Below are positions 9,680 through 23,545 of a DNA stretch of 64,000 bases, piece by piece. The first letter of the stretch is position 1. The number at the start of each line of letters is the position of its first letter. Source of the stretch: Glaucostegus cemiculus (Eukaryota); the NCBI GenBank assembly GCA_976551045.1, contig CDPCPM010000106.1:30318001-30382000 (forward strand), written 5' to 3'. Below the pieces are notes generated by a model that was given only the letters and a program-made list of their open reading frames with translations, did not search any database and had not been told where the DNA came from. Both the position numbers and the translations under genes were made by a program.

Positions 9680-12240
9680 GCACTTGTCACAGTGAAGGCA
9701 GCAAAAGGAGGTTAAAGTATAGAAAAATGGTAACATAAGCACTACATCTGATTGCTCACAATGAGGTAAATGAACTGATAGCACAAATAGAAATGAATGG
9801 GTATTGTCATTACCAAAACAGCTTTCCAATGGTCAAAGCTGTGCACTACATCTTCCACCTATTTGGGAAGAATGAGTAACAAGGAAAACTTAATGGATGA
9901 GATCAGTATAGTATTTAGAAATGCTCTTGGTTTGACAGATTATGATGTAGAATTCAAGTCAACTTTAGTTGACCTTAGAAATAGCAAAGGACAGAAACAT
10001 TGGTAGGAGTTGCTTGTAGTGAATAGTTATAATATAATGTATGGATTAATCAGAGGTGCATGTGATAAGGTAATAATTTGGAGACTTTTATTTACAAAGG
10101 CTGGACAAGTTGGACTTTCTGTAACAAAGGAAAATTGATTCATGGAATATGTGAGGGATTTTCCTAGATCAATATGTTGAGGAAATGACCGGGAAAAGGC
10201 TACTCTATGCATTGAGAATGTTGAGAATCTTGTTGTTGAGGGGCCTTTGAGGGAGAGTGACCATAACATCTTGGTACTGAGTTTGAAAGTATGAAACTAG
10301 GTTCTTGAATCAGAACAGAAGTAACCATGAGGGCATGTGAGGAGAGGTGGTGGTGGTTGCTGCAAAGACCACATTGAAAGGCATGATTGTGGGCAGGCAA
10401 TGGTTTGCAGTCAAATAATACACAAGTTGCAGAAATATTCCTTTTAAGGTGCACAAACTCAGAAGGATGAGTGATTCATTTGTGGCTGATGAGAAACTTA
10501 AAAATAGTATTACATCCAAGGAAGAGATTTGTAAAGGAAATGGCAAGAGGCCTGAGGATTGAGATCATTTTGGAACTTGGCAAAAAAAAGGGCAAATTGA
10601 TAAGACTGTTTTATGTTTGACAGTCTTTTTCAAGAATTATAAAAGCTCCAAGTCTAAGGACAAATATGGGGTCCTCATGGAGATGGGGAAAAATTATAAT
10701 AGAAAATGTAATTAAGTCTTTATTTTCCATCTTCATGGAAGAAGAGGCACAAAACTTGCCTGATATTAGAGAATTGAGAGTTAACTGGGGAAGTTGGCAA
10801 GGTGAAACTTAAATCTTAAAGATCTACAGACCAGATATCTAAAGGAGGTGGCATTGGTTATGAGGGGTGCTCTGGTTACCATTGTCCAGAGTTCCAGATT
10901 CTGCAATTGTTCCTGTGGGTTGAAGGGTAGCAAATGTGGCCTGTAATGGGGAGAGGGAGAATGTGGGACTAACTTTCTGTTAGCCTTATCAGTCATAAAG
11001 AAATGCTGAAATCTATAAACAAAAGATGTAATAGCAGAACACCTTAAATAAGATAATAAGATTGAGGCAAGTGAGCCTGGATTATGAAAGAATTACGTGA
11101 ATCTATTGGAGTTTGACAAAGTGACTAGTAGAATATACAAGGGGAACATCAGTGAATGCAGTGTGTGTGGGGGTACTGTTCAATAAAGTCCTGGACAGAA
11201 GGTTGATCAAGTTTAGAGCACTCAGCATTTCAGAACTGACATAGCTGATTGTTCATTCCCAGTCTGCTATCTGTCTAAACAGTTTATTTTCTGGTTGGTG
11301 GCTTGGGATGAGTGAAGTACTGTAGGGATCAGTACTTGGTGGGGGAGGCACTTATTCAATATTTATCTTGATTTTTAAGAGGGGACTAAATGTCACATTT
11401 CCAAGTTGGTTGACAATGGTAAACTAGAGAAGGCAGCATGCAAGAGAATGTCACATGGCTTCAAGTAGATTGGGACAAACTGAGTACATGGGTGAATATG
11501 CTAGGTAGTGGGGAAGTGTACCGCCATATAATTTGGTATATAAGATTATTTGTTAAATTGCAAGAGATTGAACAAAGGGACCTGGCTACCCTTGTGCACA
11601 AGTCACTGAAGAACAACTTGCAGGTGATTAGGAGGGAAAATAGTACATTAGCCTTCCTTAGCAGAGGATTTGGTTACAGGAGTGAGGAAGTCTTGCTGAA
11701 GTTGTGTAGGGTCTTGGTAAGACTGCACCTAGTATATAGTGAACTGTTTGGACTCCTTGCCTGAAAAATGACATTCTTGCCGTAGTGGATACAGCAAAGG
11801 TTCACTTAACTGGTTTTGGGAACGGCAGGTTCTCCATGAAGGGAGAGATTAAGATGGGGGCTATATTCCCTAGACTTTAAACTGAGTGGAAATGTCATTG
11901 AAACCTGCAGAATTCATACAGGGGTGACAGGCTGGAAGCAGAGGGGAGTTCTCCTTGACTGAAATCCAGGACTGTGGGGAAGTTTTGAAATAAGGGGTAG
12001 GCAGTTTGTAAGTGAAATGAAGACATTTCTTTGCTTGTATTGTGGTGAATCTTTAGAATTCTCTATCCCAGAGGGCAGTGAAAGCCACTGTTCAAAATGG
12101 AGAGCAATGAATTTTTTGGGTATTAACGGAATAGATGATGAAACTGCTGGAAAATGGCACTAGTAGAAGATCGGCAATCATAATGAATAGCGCAGCAGAT
12201 TCAAAGGAGCAGTTGGTTTATCCCTGCTTCTGTTTCATGT
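9680..12240 (+). mobile_element. Old, heavily decayed CR1 LINE ORF2
   Basis: Degenerate endonuclease start (VNELIAQIEMNG), GESDHN-like motif near 10250, and RT/C-terminal remnants (ENSTLAFLSRGFGYRSEEVLLKLCRVLVRLHL) followed by a tail. Confidence 0.75.
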
Positions 12241-12879
12241 GTTGTGTACATAGTTACTGATAACTGCTCAAGTCTGTAGAGCAGACTTGTTTCTCACCAC
12301 TCCTGATTTTAAAGTATTAGTTTATTATTGTATTGTGTACTAAGATACAGTGGAAAAACTTTGTATTGCCATATGTGAGGTAGTAAAAAGAAGAATGCAG
12401 AATGTTAGTGTTGCAGCTACAAAGTGCAATGTGGGTAGATGTAAAGTGCAGGGGCTGTGATGAGCTAGATTGCGAGATAAGAATTTATCTGCAGTGTATG
12501 AGGTCTGTTCAAGCGTAAATTGCATTCATCTCCCTGTCCCTGATATGACTGCAATGAGGATGTTTGGAATTGTTCATATAGTGTATATTTCAGATTCACA
12601 ATGTCCATAGATGTGTAATCTTGGTTGCTTGTTCTCCTGGGCTGGAACACCATGTGGTATCAAATAGTACCAAACCAAATATCTCCTCCTTGGACCATGT
12701 CAGGCCTTTTAAAGAAGTTTTAAATGAGCACATAACACCTATTGTGGGGAAAATATTTATCTGTTAAATTGTTAAAAATTAATGCATTTTGTGGATCAAA
12801 TTTTGCTTTAAAAGACCAGTTTCCCAAAGCCCTTTTTGAAACTTGGCATAATGTCTACATCAAGGTGACAAATTGTGAA

Positions 12880-14240
12880 CATGGAGACAGGAAAATGGGA
12901 GCAGGAGTTGACTGTTCAAGTCTTTAAACTTGCTCCATGTATCAAAATGAGCACAGCCAATCCCCCTCAATGCCATGGTTTCACTCCCTCCACGTGCTCC
13001 CCCTCAATGCCATGGTTTCACTCCCTCCACGTGCTCCTAGCTGCTCTTCCTGGGAATCTCTCCTTGCTAACTATAATCAGTGCCTTGGCTTCCACATCCA
13101 TCTGGTGCAGGGAGTTCCACAAGTTCATCACCATCTGAGGAAACTTCTCTCAATCCTAAATTTTCTCCTGAGACCCAGACCCTCCAACTGAGGGAAATGT
13201 CCTTCTGCATCTTGTCTGTCTAGTACTATCTGAATTTTGTGTATGTCAGTAAGATCTCTTGCTCTAAACACAATGAGTGTAGGCCCAGTGACCCAATCTT
13301 TCCCTGTATTCTAGTCTCATTATCCTAGGACAGTCTGGTGAAAATTTGGCAGGGTCCTCCAATAGTGAGTATATCTCTGTGATATACAGAAACCAAAACT
13401 GTGTACAATGCATATTCCAGGTGTGGTCTCAACAAAGTCCTGTATCATTGCAGTGAGACATCCTTGCTTCTCTACCCAAAATCTCCTGCAGGAAGGAGCA
13501 ATGTAGCATTTGCTGCCTTTATCTCCTTGTTGCAGCTGTATGTTTGCTTTCAATGACTGCTGCTAATCAACAAGCAGATACCTTTTTGTAGATCAACATT
13601 TCCAACCTTATCACTATTTACATAATTCTCTATCTTTCTGTTTTTCTTACCAAAGTGGATAACTTTGCATTTAAGCAAGCTGTATTTGCATCTGCCATGT
13701 ATTAGCCCATTTAATTAAATTGCCTTGAAACTTCATTACATCCTTGCAGCTCAAACCCCACCCAACTTCATGTAGGCAATCTTGGAAATACTGCATTTGC
13801 TTGCTTCACAGGTGTACATTGTGACTAGCAGGGGATCCAGGCATTGATCTGCGGTAATAACCTGTCACTCCAAAGGAGGCCCCTCTAAACTGCTCCCAAG
13901 CCTCGGGCCTGCTGCTTTTTCTCTTAACTTCATTAAGAGTTGCATACTGTCTTTTTGTAGGTTGTGATAATTGCTTTTGTACATCCGTTTTTCCTTTGTC
14001 AGAAAGGAAAGTATAACTGTTGCAGTTCCTGTATATTTTTAAATGTTGGTCATTGTTATATCCACCTTCACTTTTCAATGAAATTCCCCATCTATCATAA
14101 ACTGTAGTTTTCTTTCAGATGTAGTGCCCTAGTTTTGAAGGGGACTACATCACTTGCATCTTGATGAAGAATTTATCTTGGTTGGTATTGCAGTGTTGAA
14201 TTTTTGAATCTTTCAGTCCTGTTTATTTCATTGTGAAACC
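12880..14240 (-). mobile_element. Old decayed CR1 LINE fragment
   Basis: Reverse-strand CR1 tail near 12890 and AAACTGTGTACAATGCATATTCCAGGTGTGGTCTC (reverse of the RPHLEYCVQF region). Confidence 0.6.
12961..13037 (+). repeat. 37-bp perfect tandem duplication
   Basis: TCCCCCTCAATGCCATGGTTTCACTCCCTCCACGTGC at 12961-12997 and 12998-13034. Confidence 0.93.
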
Positions 14241-15372
14241 TATTGGTGGTGGGGAGAACCCATGCCTATGTCCTATTGACACCTTTGGTCATTCCTGTTG
14301 GAATTGTGCTTTTATAATCAATATTTTCTTTTGTTGCTTGCCCTCACTGTGTTAGGATATATGGGTGTTAACAGCCTTGCACCTTGTGTAAGTAGTTTTC
14401 CTATGTGTAATTATTCTCAATTGCCAGGATCTTGCCTAGGAAAGTGGTAATAGTCAAAGATGCTGCAGTTGAATTTCCAACTGTGTGGTTGCAGAGTTCA
14501 ATAACTGGTAACTCTCAATGTTGGCTGACAACATTCCATTGCTTTCCCCCATTCACCAATGTAGCACAAATAGGTTTGGGCTAATGATTTGTGTCCCAGC
14601 AAAGATTGAATGGTCAAAGAGACACAAGCAATATCTTTAATGCCATGTCTTTGGCCATGCATGAATGATGAATTAACCCCAGATGTATTGGAGGCAGAAA
14701 CTGTATTTGAGGCAGTGTGATCTACTGTTTTTGAAGAAATTACCTACTGTTTGAGGTAAAAGCAATATTTTTGTCCCATTTCTGCATGGGTTCATTAGTG
14801 TTTCAATGGAATAGTTTGAAATTTTGGAGAAAAGAATCCTAGTTTCTTAATGTGGAGGGAAATGCTACAAGTAGGCTTCCAATATTATCTTCACCAAACA
14901 CGTAAGTAACCAATTATCTTTCAAGGTCCAAGCCAGGAAGTAAGTTAACCTTGCCACTCGTATCAAACAAGGATGGGAATGAGCCAATACTATGATGAAA
15001 GATTTTGTCCAGGAAGGAATGAGCCATTTCCTCATTTGCCTTTGCTTAGTCATGAATGCAAAAATTGCTTGTCAAAGTCAACAAGTTTATTTTTCCCTGG
15101 TTACAAGGGTAAGGCTGAAGGGAGGTTGCATTAACTGGTTATTACTAATCCCATCTTGGTTTAGAGTTGGATTTACTCAAAGATAGTTGTTGCTGGACTT
15201 GAGTCCTGGATCATACCTCCTAGAGACAGCAATTCAAATCTTAGTGGAAGCTGGGGAATTTGCATTAAATCCAGAATCTTTTTGAATGTAGGGAATAGTA
15301 TCTGGGATTAAAAGGGGGTCAGAACTGATTGCATTCATTAACTTCCTCCAGTGGAGGAAATCTTCCAGTAAA

Positions 15373-15537
15373 ACAAAACTGCTGGAGGAACTCAGCAGGT
15401 CAGGCAGCATCTGTAGAGAGAAATAGGTCAATGTTTTGGGTCCAATCTAGATGAAGGATCTTGACCCAAAACATCAACTGCCCATCTCTCCCCACAGATG
15501 CTGCTTGACCTGCTGAGTTCCACCATGCTTTGTGTGT
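15373..15537. mobile_element. Palindromic Penelope-derived mini-element
   Basis: Arm TGGAGGAACTCAGCAGGTCAGGCAGCATCTGT and its inverted copy ACAGATGCTGCTTGACCTGCTGAGTTCCACCA flank a GATGAAGGATCTTGACCC core. Confidence 0.75.
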
Positions 15538-15844
15538 TGTACCTGTTGTATCCACACAAGGGCTGGAGTGGTTCACCAGAATTTGGGCACTTTCTTCGTC
15601 AGTGCTGGGATTAGATTTTGAAATTCCTTCACGTGTGCACATGTACCAGTAGTTCAAGGAGGTTCACTATCATCACCTTAACCAACTGGGGCGGGGCAAT
15701 AAATCCTATCTCCCTACAGCAGAGAATGAGGTGATTTGGCCTATTAAGTTCCCTGCTGATCAATCCCAATTTTTTTCCCTGTAACCCAGTCTCTCTCCTG
15801 CCCACTGACCTGCCCCAGTTCTCCAACCACCATCTAAATATATA

Positions 15845-16010
15845 ATTTACATAACCAATTAACCTACCAACCTGCGTATCTTTGGGATGCGGGGGGAAAA
15901 CCAGACCATTGTGAGGAAATCCATGCAGTCATAGGGAGAGCCTGAAAACTCCACACACAGTAGTGGAGGTTAGTTGAATTTAGATTGTTGGCTCAGTGAG
16001 CTAACAGCTA
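15845..16010 (-). mobile_element. Degraded V-SINE fragment
   Basis: CCAATTAACCTACCAACC...TTTGGGATGCGGGGGGAAAACCAGA...GAGGAAATCCATGCAG. Confidence 0.6.
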
Positions 16011-16779
16011 CAGTATAGTTTACAGATTTCAGCCTCGCTAGGGATATGTGCATCTTAAAATAATATTTTGAAATATGGATGGGAGATGCACCGAGTGGTT
16101 TAAAATGCTTGGGATGGCAGTGTTGTTGTACAAAGAGGTTAAACAGCCTGGTTATGAGATGCCTTTTAATTTAATACCCAAAATTCTAGGACTCAGCAGG
16201 ATAGATGAATTGTTTGCCACTGGCTGGGGTATATTGGTCCTATCTTCACCCAGTGCTGACTCTTTAAAAATTCTCTATCAAGGAGGCTGTGGAAGTCAAG
16301 TTTAAAAACAGGTGTTAGGATATTAGAATTGGGGAAAGTGGGGTTAGTGCAGGAAAGGGGTGCAGAGGTTAGATACACCATGCTCTTGCTGAATGGGAGA
16401 GCAGGTGACGGGCTGGTTGGCCTCTTGCTCCTGCTTGTGGTGTTTTGAAGTGCAATCTCGAAGAGTTAATGAAGCTACCTGTCACTTCCTGTGGCAAACT
16501 GTAAGAGATGAGGCAAAAATATTCATCAGAAATCGACACCTCATTCCAATGTGGAATTTTTACTCAACAGTGCTATCTTTTAAATTTGCCAGTGAGCATG
16601 TAGTTGTCTCAGATTTAATACTGTATCACCTATGTTGTGCCAGTTTCCTTTCTAAAACATTTTTTTTGCTGAGCTAGTATTCTATTTTAATTGCACATTA
16701 CTATTCTATTAGCTGGTTTTGCAAAAAAAAAGCCATTTTCAAGACAGAAAGGCTTCAACTTATTGGGTCTTTGTCAACT

Positions 16780-17175
16780 ACTCTGCTCCAGTTTAGTTGG
16801 AGCTCTTGCCTCCCGAGTTGGAAGGTTGTGGGTTCAAGACTAACTTTGGATAGCCGAGCATGTTGGTCTTTACTGATGCTGTCAGTGTTAGTGTTGGAGA
16901 TGCTACTCCTTAAATGTGTTAGTGATGCCCTGTCTGAGGTGGGCATAATAGATTCTTGGCTTTTTTGTTGAACAGTTGAGACTTCCTTGAGGCCCTAAGC
17001 CCATATTTGTTTCAGTCGATATCTTCGAACAAATCATCTGGTCATTACACTGTACTCTGGGATTTTATATTTGGGTACCTTTTACACCAGTGACTGTACT
17101 TCAGCAGTGCTTCATTCACTGTAAAGTGCTTTAGATGTCTTGAGGCAGTGAAAGGTGCTATAGAAATGCAACTTT
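16780..17175 (+). mobile_element. Old SINE resembling shark SacSINE1/Deu-domain SINEs
   Basis: GAAGGTTGTGGGTTCAAG head and TGTAAAGTGCTTTAGATGTCTTGAGGCAGTGAAAGGTGCTATAGAAATGCAA tail; a similar head occurs at 48566-48582. Family name is from recall. Confidence 0.5.
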
Positions 17176-20100
17176 TGTAGCAGTTGCTGTAAAAATTGAT
17201 AAGTTTCCAACCTGTTGTCTAAGCGGATGGAATTAGCTTGACAGATTCTGTCCATTTTCAGAGGCTTTTGAGGTATTGACAGTTTTTTTTTTGGGGGGGG
17301 GTGGTGCAGGAAGCCCTACATGAATTGGGGCACTTGGCAAAGAAGTTTCATTCAAAAATGAAACCTTCCTATGGTTGGATATGGGGTACCAATCCTTTGA
17401 CCTTACTGGTCCACAGTGAATTGACCAAAACCCAGCCTGGGTTGTGACTGACGTATATTCAGTCAGGACTTTGATCTCACATTGCCTTTTCTGACAGCCC
17501 TGCCCCATGTCCCATTGCAAATTTAGAAAAAGACTGCACATGCTGAAAATCTGAAATAAAAAACAGAAAATGATGGAAACATTCAGCAGGTCACGTGGTG
17601 GTGGGGTGTGTGGGTAAGACCAGTTAACACTTCCAAGTTCTAGACTCTCCCTCACGAGTGGGAAGAGGAAGTTGGTTTTGAAAGGGGAGAAGGGTATGAA
17701 ATGTGTAGAACCAAGGAAATACTTCTGGGGTGAGATCATGTGACTTTAGTGGCAGTTAGAAGCCCATTGTGTTGCTCTGTCTGTATTGTGCTGCTAATGG
17801 CCCAGTAGGCCAAATGAGGACTGAATGTGTGATCATGAAGTTGCAATCTAATCTGCTGTTGGTAACATGTAAGCTGTTGCTTCAACCCAGTCCAATGTGT
17901 TTGTTTTGGAATGTTCATCCTCCATTAAATTGAACCTCTAGAGTGGGTGAATTCTCACATGGGTTCATTGGCTGCCAGTCTATTGATTTTGAATGAGTGC
18001 TGCAAATGTTTTATGACTGATTTCACAAAGTTATTTTCACATCACAGGTGCCTTCTCTGTTGTTCACTGCAGATGACATGCAAATGTCAGTTAGATCAAA
18101 GGTGGTACAGTGCAGATTTTGCGGGAAAATGTTGCTGCTTTAAATGGAACTTCTGGCATTCACCTGTTTAACTGGACACAGGTGTTGGATGTCTGCATGT
18201 TTAACTGAATGGAAAAGTTCCAAATATAATGAACAATACCAGGTACTGCATCATTTCGAGACACTCTGCTGCTGAGCTCACTATAGAGTTGGCCTGGTGT
18301 TAAGTCAAGAGTCCCCAGATATTGTGCTGGAGAATCTGCTCTTGGATCCTGATCAGATTAGGCCTGATGGAAGACCTGACATTTTAGTGGGGATTTGGAT
18401 TGCAGAGAGGAGGGCAACTAAATCAAAAAATTGAATGTTACTTTTTAAAAAGTGTCTTTGAATGTTTGAACAATTTCCTTGGATCTGACAGCCAGCAAAA
18501 CTGGGGTGGGCTTTGCCAGTTGCCGATGCTTTTGGTGTACATTTAGAGGCCCTATAGATGCTTGGGCATTCTGAGCAGCAGTATATGTCCTCCACATGCA
18601 GATCCTGATCCCTCTGGGGAAGGTTATCTCTGTGCTATTAAGGGTCGGAGCTAGCAACAAAGGATCTAAGTACACTTCCTAGTTGGGAATGGTGGGGAAC
18701 CTGCAGGTGGTAATGTTCTTGTACCCCTACCACGTCTGTCCTTTATGGTGTTGGATGTCATGGCTTTTGGAGGTACTGTTGGAGTAGCCTAAGGTGGATG
18801 AAAAGAACTTTGGTGCCAACTTGATTTGTCCCCTTGAGCTAAACAGTTAAACATTACTGGAAAGTTACAAATTGCATAGAATATTGCAATTCTGAAGGTA
18901 CCCAAAGAAATGTTTAAAGGAAGATAAACCTCAGTAACCCAGCTGAACAACATGCTGTTTAAATCTCATTGTGTATTTGGTTGTGCCACAGGTAGTGCTG
19001 CTGCCTCACAGCTCTAATCTGGATCCAGTCCTGACCTCTGCCTGTCAGGGCTTTGCACAGTTTCCTCTGGGGGCTCTGGTTTCTTCCCATAGCCCAAAGA
19101 TGTGCAATTGAACATAGAACAGCGCAGCACAGAACAGGCCCTTCAGCCCACAATGTGCTGACATAGCTAATCCCTTCTGCCTGCAGAAATCCCATATCCC
19201 TCTTTTCCTCTCATTCACGTACTCATTCAAGCCCCTCTTAAAAGACCCCAATGAATTTGCCTCTACCACCCTATCGGGGAATGCATTCCAGTGCTGGTAG
19301 GTTAATTGGTGGAGGATCTTGGGAGCAGGTAGCACTTGTGACACTTCCCCACTTGTCTGGCCGGTAGCAGTAGTCTGTGCACAGCTAGCCGGAGTTGTAT
19401 CTATCCTCTGTCATCTGACAGGGTGGCCGTCAGTGTCACCTCTTTTTTTTGCTGAGGTCTGGAAGCTCGTGGTAATCGTTTTGGAATCAATGCAAATCTG
19501 TTCTGCTAATGGCTTTTGCTGGCAGCAGTGAGCTTGTTAGAATTGGCGACAGCAGCTTCAAATTGTATATAGGTAACCTGGAGGTTAGAATCCACCACCT
19601 ACTGTTAGTGTTTGCTGCTGACTTTGTGGAAACCCACCCACAACTTTAGCAGGTTCCAAGGTGTGGGTTTCTAATATCCCCACTGAGTGCAAACAGTAAC
19701 AAGACTGCAGTGTCTAGCCATGATGTCATTGAGCTCACTGAAGAGTTAATCAAATTGAATCCTTGAGCAGCAACCACCTTTTATCAGTTTTAACATTTTG
19801 GAGAGCAAAATACATGAACATTTTAAAACAGGATTGAGAAGGTGAAGTATTACAAACCTTATTAATTTTTAAAAAGGTTAACAAAATGGCAATCCACATC
19901 AATTTAATTCTTGCTGCAATACCAGCATTTTAGCAACTGTAGATTAGTGCACCACTTTTCTTGAATCTTGTTCAACAAGGCATCAGATTTTAAATGAACA
20001 TTGGTTTAAATAGTTGAAGTTCATGACTGTTCATTGAATCTGTATTACCTGATGGAGGCTACCCAGTACAGGGCATGAGACTTGGTTTCCATCTGCCATT

Positions 20101-22069
20101 TGTTCTGTGTGCACTGTAGATACTTCTGCCACATTTCCTCCATTAATTCAGTGAAGGCAGATGGCCGAGGTTATCTTGTTGCTGCTTCTGGGCCAATGAC
20201 CTTCTGTCACATGCATCTCTTATTGCATCTAACTATCCAGACAGTGAGTGTGCAAACAGAATTCTCATTTGGCAGAGAATTTAAAATGGCAAAAGATCTG
20301 AATTTTATGGAGTTGGTAAGCTTGTTTTAATTAAAATCATCAAGCAGTGATAGCTTAAGAGGATGTGAGAATTGAGGGGGCTGGAATAATATAAATTAAA
20401 GACTCCTTATGTAGGACTTTAGACTTGAAATATTGAGTGTTTGGCCCTCCACAGATGCTGCCTGACCTTCTGAGTTTTGAGCATTTTCTGGGTTTTTTTG
20501 TTGCAGACTTACAGCAACTGCAATTTTTAAGTGAGGGAATATTTCTTTGCTCTCTGGAAAATGTCCAGTTGCTCCAGTGAGCAAAATTGCTTCATAAGCT
20601 ATAAAACACATTGGGTTATTTTGAAGTAGTGATAGGAGCAGTTAGTGCCTAACTTGACCTCAATATGGAGAAGCTGCTTGTGTGGAGATATCATTACAAT
20701 ACATGGTGTCTGATGCTCTTGCATTGTAATTTGCATTGCATAACAGCCCAGTTGCATGCAAGGTCCAATAGATGAATCTGCTCTGGTCATATTGAGGGGT
20801 GAATTCTGCCCAAATTACTGGGGCAGCTCGCACCTTTAAAGTGCTTTAGGGAGGCAGGAAGAGTCTTGGATGTGTAAAATAAGAATATTTGGAGCAACTC
20901 AAGACACTGGAGGAACTAGCTGGGTCAGGCAGCACTTATGGAGGGAACTGGACAGTTGACATTCTGGGTCAAGACTCTTCACCTGGACCTATGTAATGTG
21001 TTTAGTCTAAAAGTTGCTGCAACTGAACAAAGGCTTGAACAAATTTAGTTATGAAGAAGTTGCTGCAAGTGCTTTGAACCAAAATAAATATGAATTAGAT
21101 TTCTGCACTTCACTGTTTCCATGCTATAGTGCTAAAGCTTTTTCAGTCTGGCTTCAGTAGTACACAGTTGACTATGGCGTGGCAAATAAGATTGCTTTTA
21201 AAAATCTCTACTGTCATGACTATATTTCCAAGGCAAAACTCTTCCACCTTAACAGTAGCTTTTTCCATTCTTGCTGCATATGGAGGATGAAGTTAACTTG
21301 CATCTCTGCTTGAACTCTTGGAAAATACTTTTATGCTGTAGAATGGGGCATGGGCCCTTCCAGAGTAGCTCAGTTGATAGCACTCTGCCTCCACGTCCAA
21401 AAGTTTTGGGTTTAAATCTCAATCTATTGCTTTACAGACTGCATAAGGTATCAAAACCTTGGATGAAACATTAAACAGAGGCTATTGGGTAAATTTAAGA
21501 TTTTGTGGTACTATTTTGGGCAGTGGGGTGGGAAGCAGGGGAATTATCACTGGTTTACTAGCTGATTCTAATCCCTTGATCAACATCACTTGAGATAATG
21601 ACCAAACAATTAGATCTTGTTGTGTTTTCCAATTGATGGGAGTGCTGGTGCTCATTGGGTAGGACTTGTCTGAAGCACTTAAGGCTAACATTGTGAAAGA
21701 GCTAAATTAATGTTCATTGAGATGGTTAAAGCTAAACCAGAATTAGTGACCATGTTGCATAGGTGTGTCTCCAGTCCAGTAAGGAGGGAGCTTTGTTCTG
21801 TATTGTGGATTGGGTCAGAAGAACCAGCAGTGCGTTTAAAGCAGGTGTTATGTTTCCTTCACACTCTCCAACACTGGTGCAGTGTGGCTGTAGTGTAGTA
21901 TGTCCCACTTACTATATGCAGTGCAGTTCTTCAAAGCCACACAGACATCAACAACCAAACCTGAGACCTCTACATGCGAGAAGGGTAGTAGGTGCATGGC
22001 ATGCCCCCACCTACAGATGCCTCCAAGTCCATAACTAACCCAATTTGGTGGTGTATTGCTACTCATTGA

Positions 22070-22570
22070 GTCAGAGTAATACAGCACAGAAACAGGCTCT
22101 TCAACGCAATTCATCCATGCTGACCAAGATGCCCATAAATTAGTCCCATTAGTCCCTCTAAACCTTCCCAATCCATGTACCTATCCAAGTATCTTTTAAA
22201 TGTTGTACCTGCCCATATCCTCCAGCAGCTCATTTTTTATACCCACCACCCTCTGCATGAAGAAGTTGCCCCTCAATGAAGCTATTAAAACTCAAACTAT
22301 AGGTACATCCCTCTTTTTAATTTGTTCTCACCTTGAACCCATCTAGTTTTTGTTTTCCATTCCCTAAGGTGAATGCATAGCTTTTTCCCCTCCTGTACAT
22401 GTCCCTCATGATTTTATACACCTCTAGAAATTGTCCCTGTCTCCTACACTCCAAGGAATAGTCTTGGCCTACTACACCTCCCCTATAACTTGGGGCCCTC
22501 TAGTCCTGGCCACCACCTTAATGGTGTCTTTGCTATAATGGGGTAACCAAAACTGTACACAATACTCCTT
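22070..22570 (-). mobile_element. CR1 3' fragment
   Basis: CAGAGTAATACAGCACAGAAACAGGC tail followed by reverse ORF2-end sequence. Confidence 0.72.
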
Positions 22571-23545
22571 CACTGGGTCTAAATCCTGGCACTTCTACCA
22601 AAAGCACTGTGGGAGCACCTTCATCAGAATGATTCAGTGGCTTGGAGGTAGCTCACCACCTGAGGGCAGTTGGGGTTGGGCAATAAATGCTTTGCCTTGC
22701 CACATCACATGAATCAATCACTCTTTTAGTAAATCTGGCCACTAAATGTTAGAAAAATTTAGCTTGTTTATGCAGCTATTTCAAGCAGGCTGAACCCTAT
22801 ATCACTGTTTAACACTGATCTTTACCTGCTATTTACCCTGCCACCTCACTACAGTAGCTGGTGATTAGATTACTAGTAATTTGGAGTCCTTGACCAAAGG
22901 CATTGATTCACAAGCCATGACAACAGCAGTGGAATATAAATTGATTTAATCTGGAGTGCTCAGTTTGTATTGGTGATCAGGACCTTTACCAAGGCTTACT
23001 TTTCTAATAAAATCTGGTTCACTGCTATTTATGGTTGGATTTCTGCCCTATATCTTGGAAAAGGAAAAGAGGGCATGGGTTTAAGGTGAGTGGGGAAAGA
23101 TTCCAAAATGGATTTTGGGGGCATCTTTGAAGGTGATGTGTTCCTGGAATGAGCTGCCAGAGGAAGTGGTTGAGACAGGTACAATAATGACATTTAAAAG
23201 GCATTTTGATAAGTCTTTGGCTAGGAAGGGTGCAGAGGGATGTGGGCAAATGGACCTTGGTTGGTATGAACAAGTTGGGCCAAAGTGCTGTATTACTGAC
23301 TCTGTATGACTCTGGACCCACTATCATGATTCTAAACTGCCTCTCATAGCCCAGTGAGCAATTCAAGAGTAATTAGAGATGGGTGTTAAATGCTGGCCTT
23401 GCTAGCAGCATCCACATCCTGTTTAGACACTTGCACTTGCACCTGTATCAACTGTCTCATAGACCTTTTTTTTAAAAAAAAAACAGGTGCTTTGAAGTAA
23501 CACAATGGTAGAGGAACTCAGCAGGTCAGGCAGCATCCATAGAGG

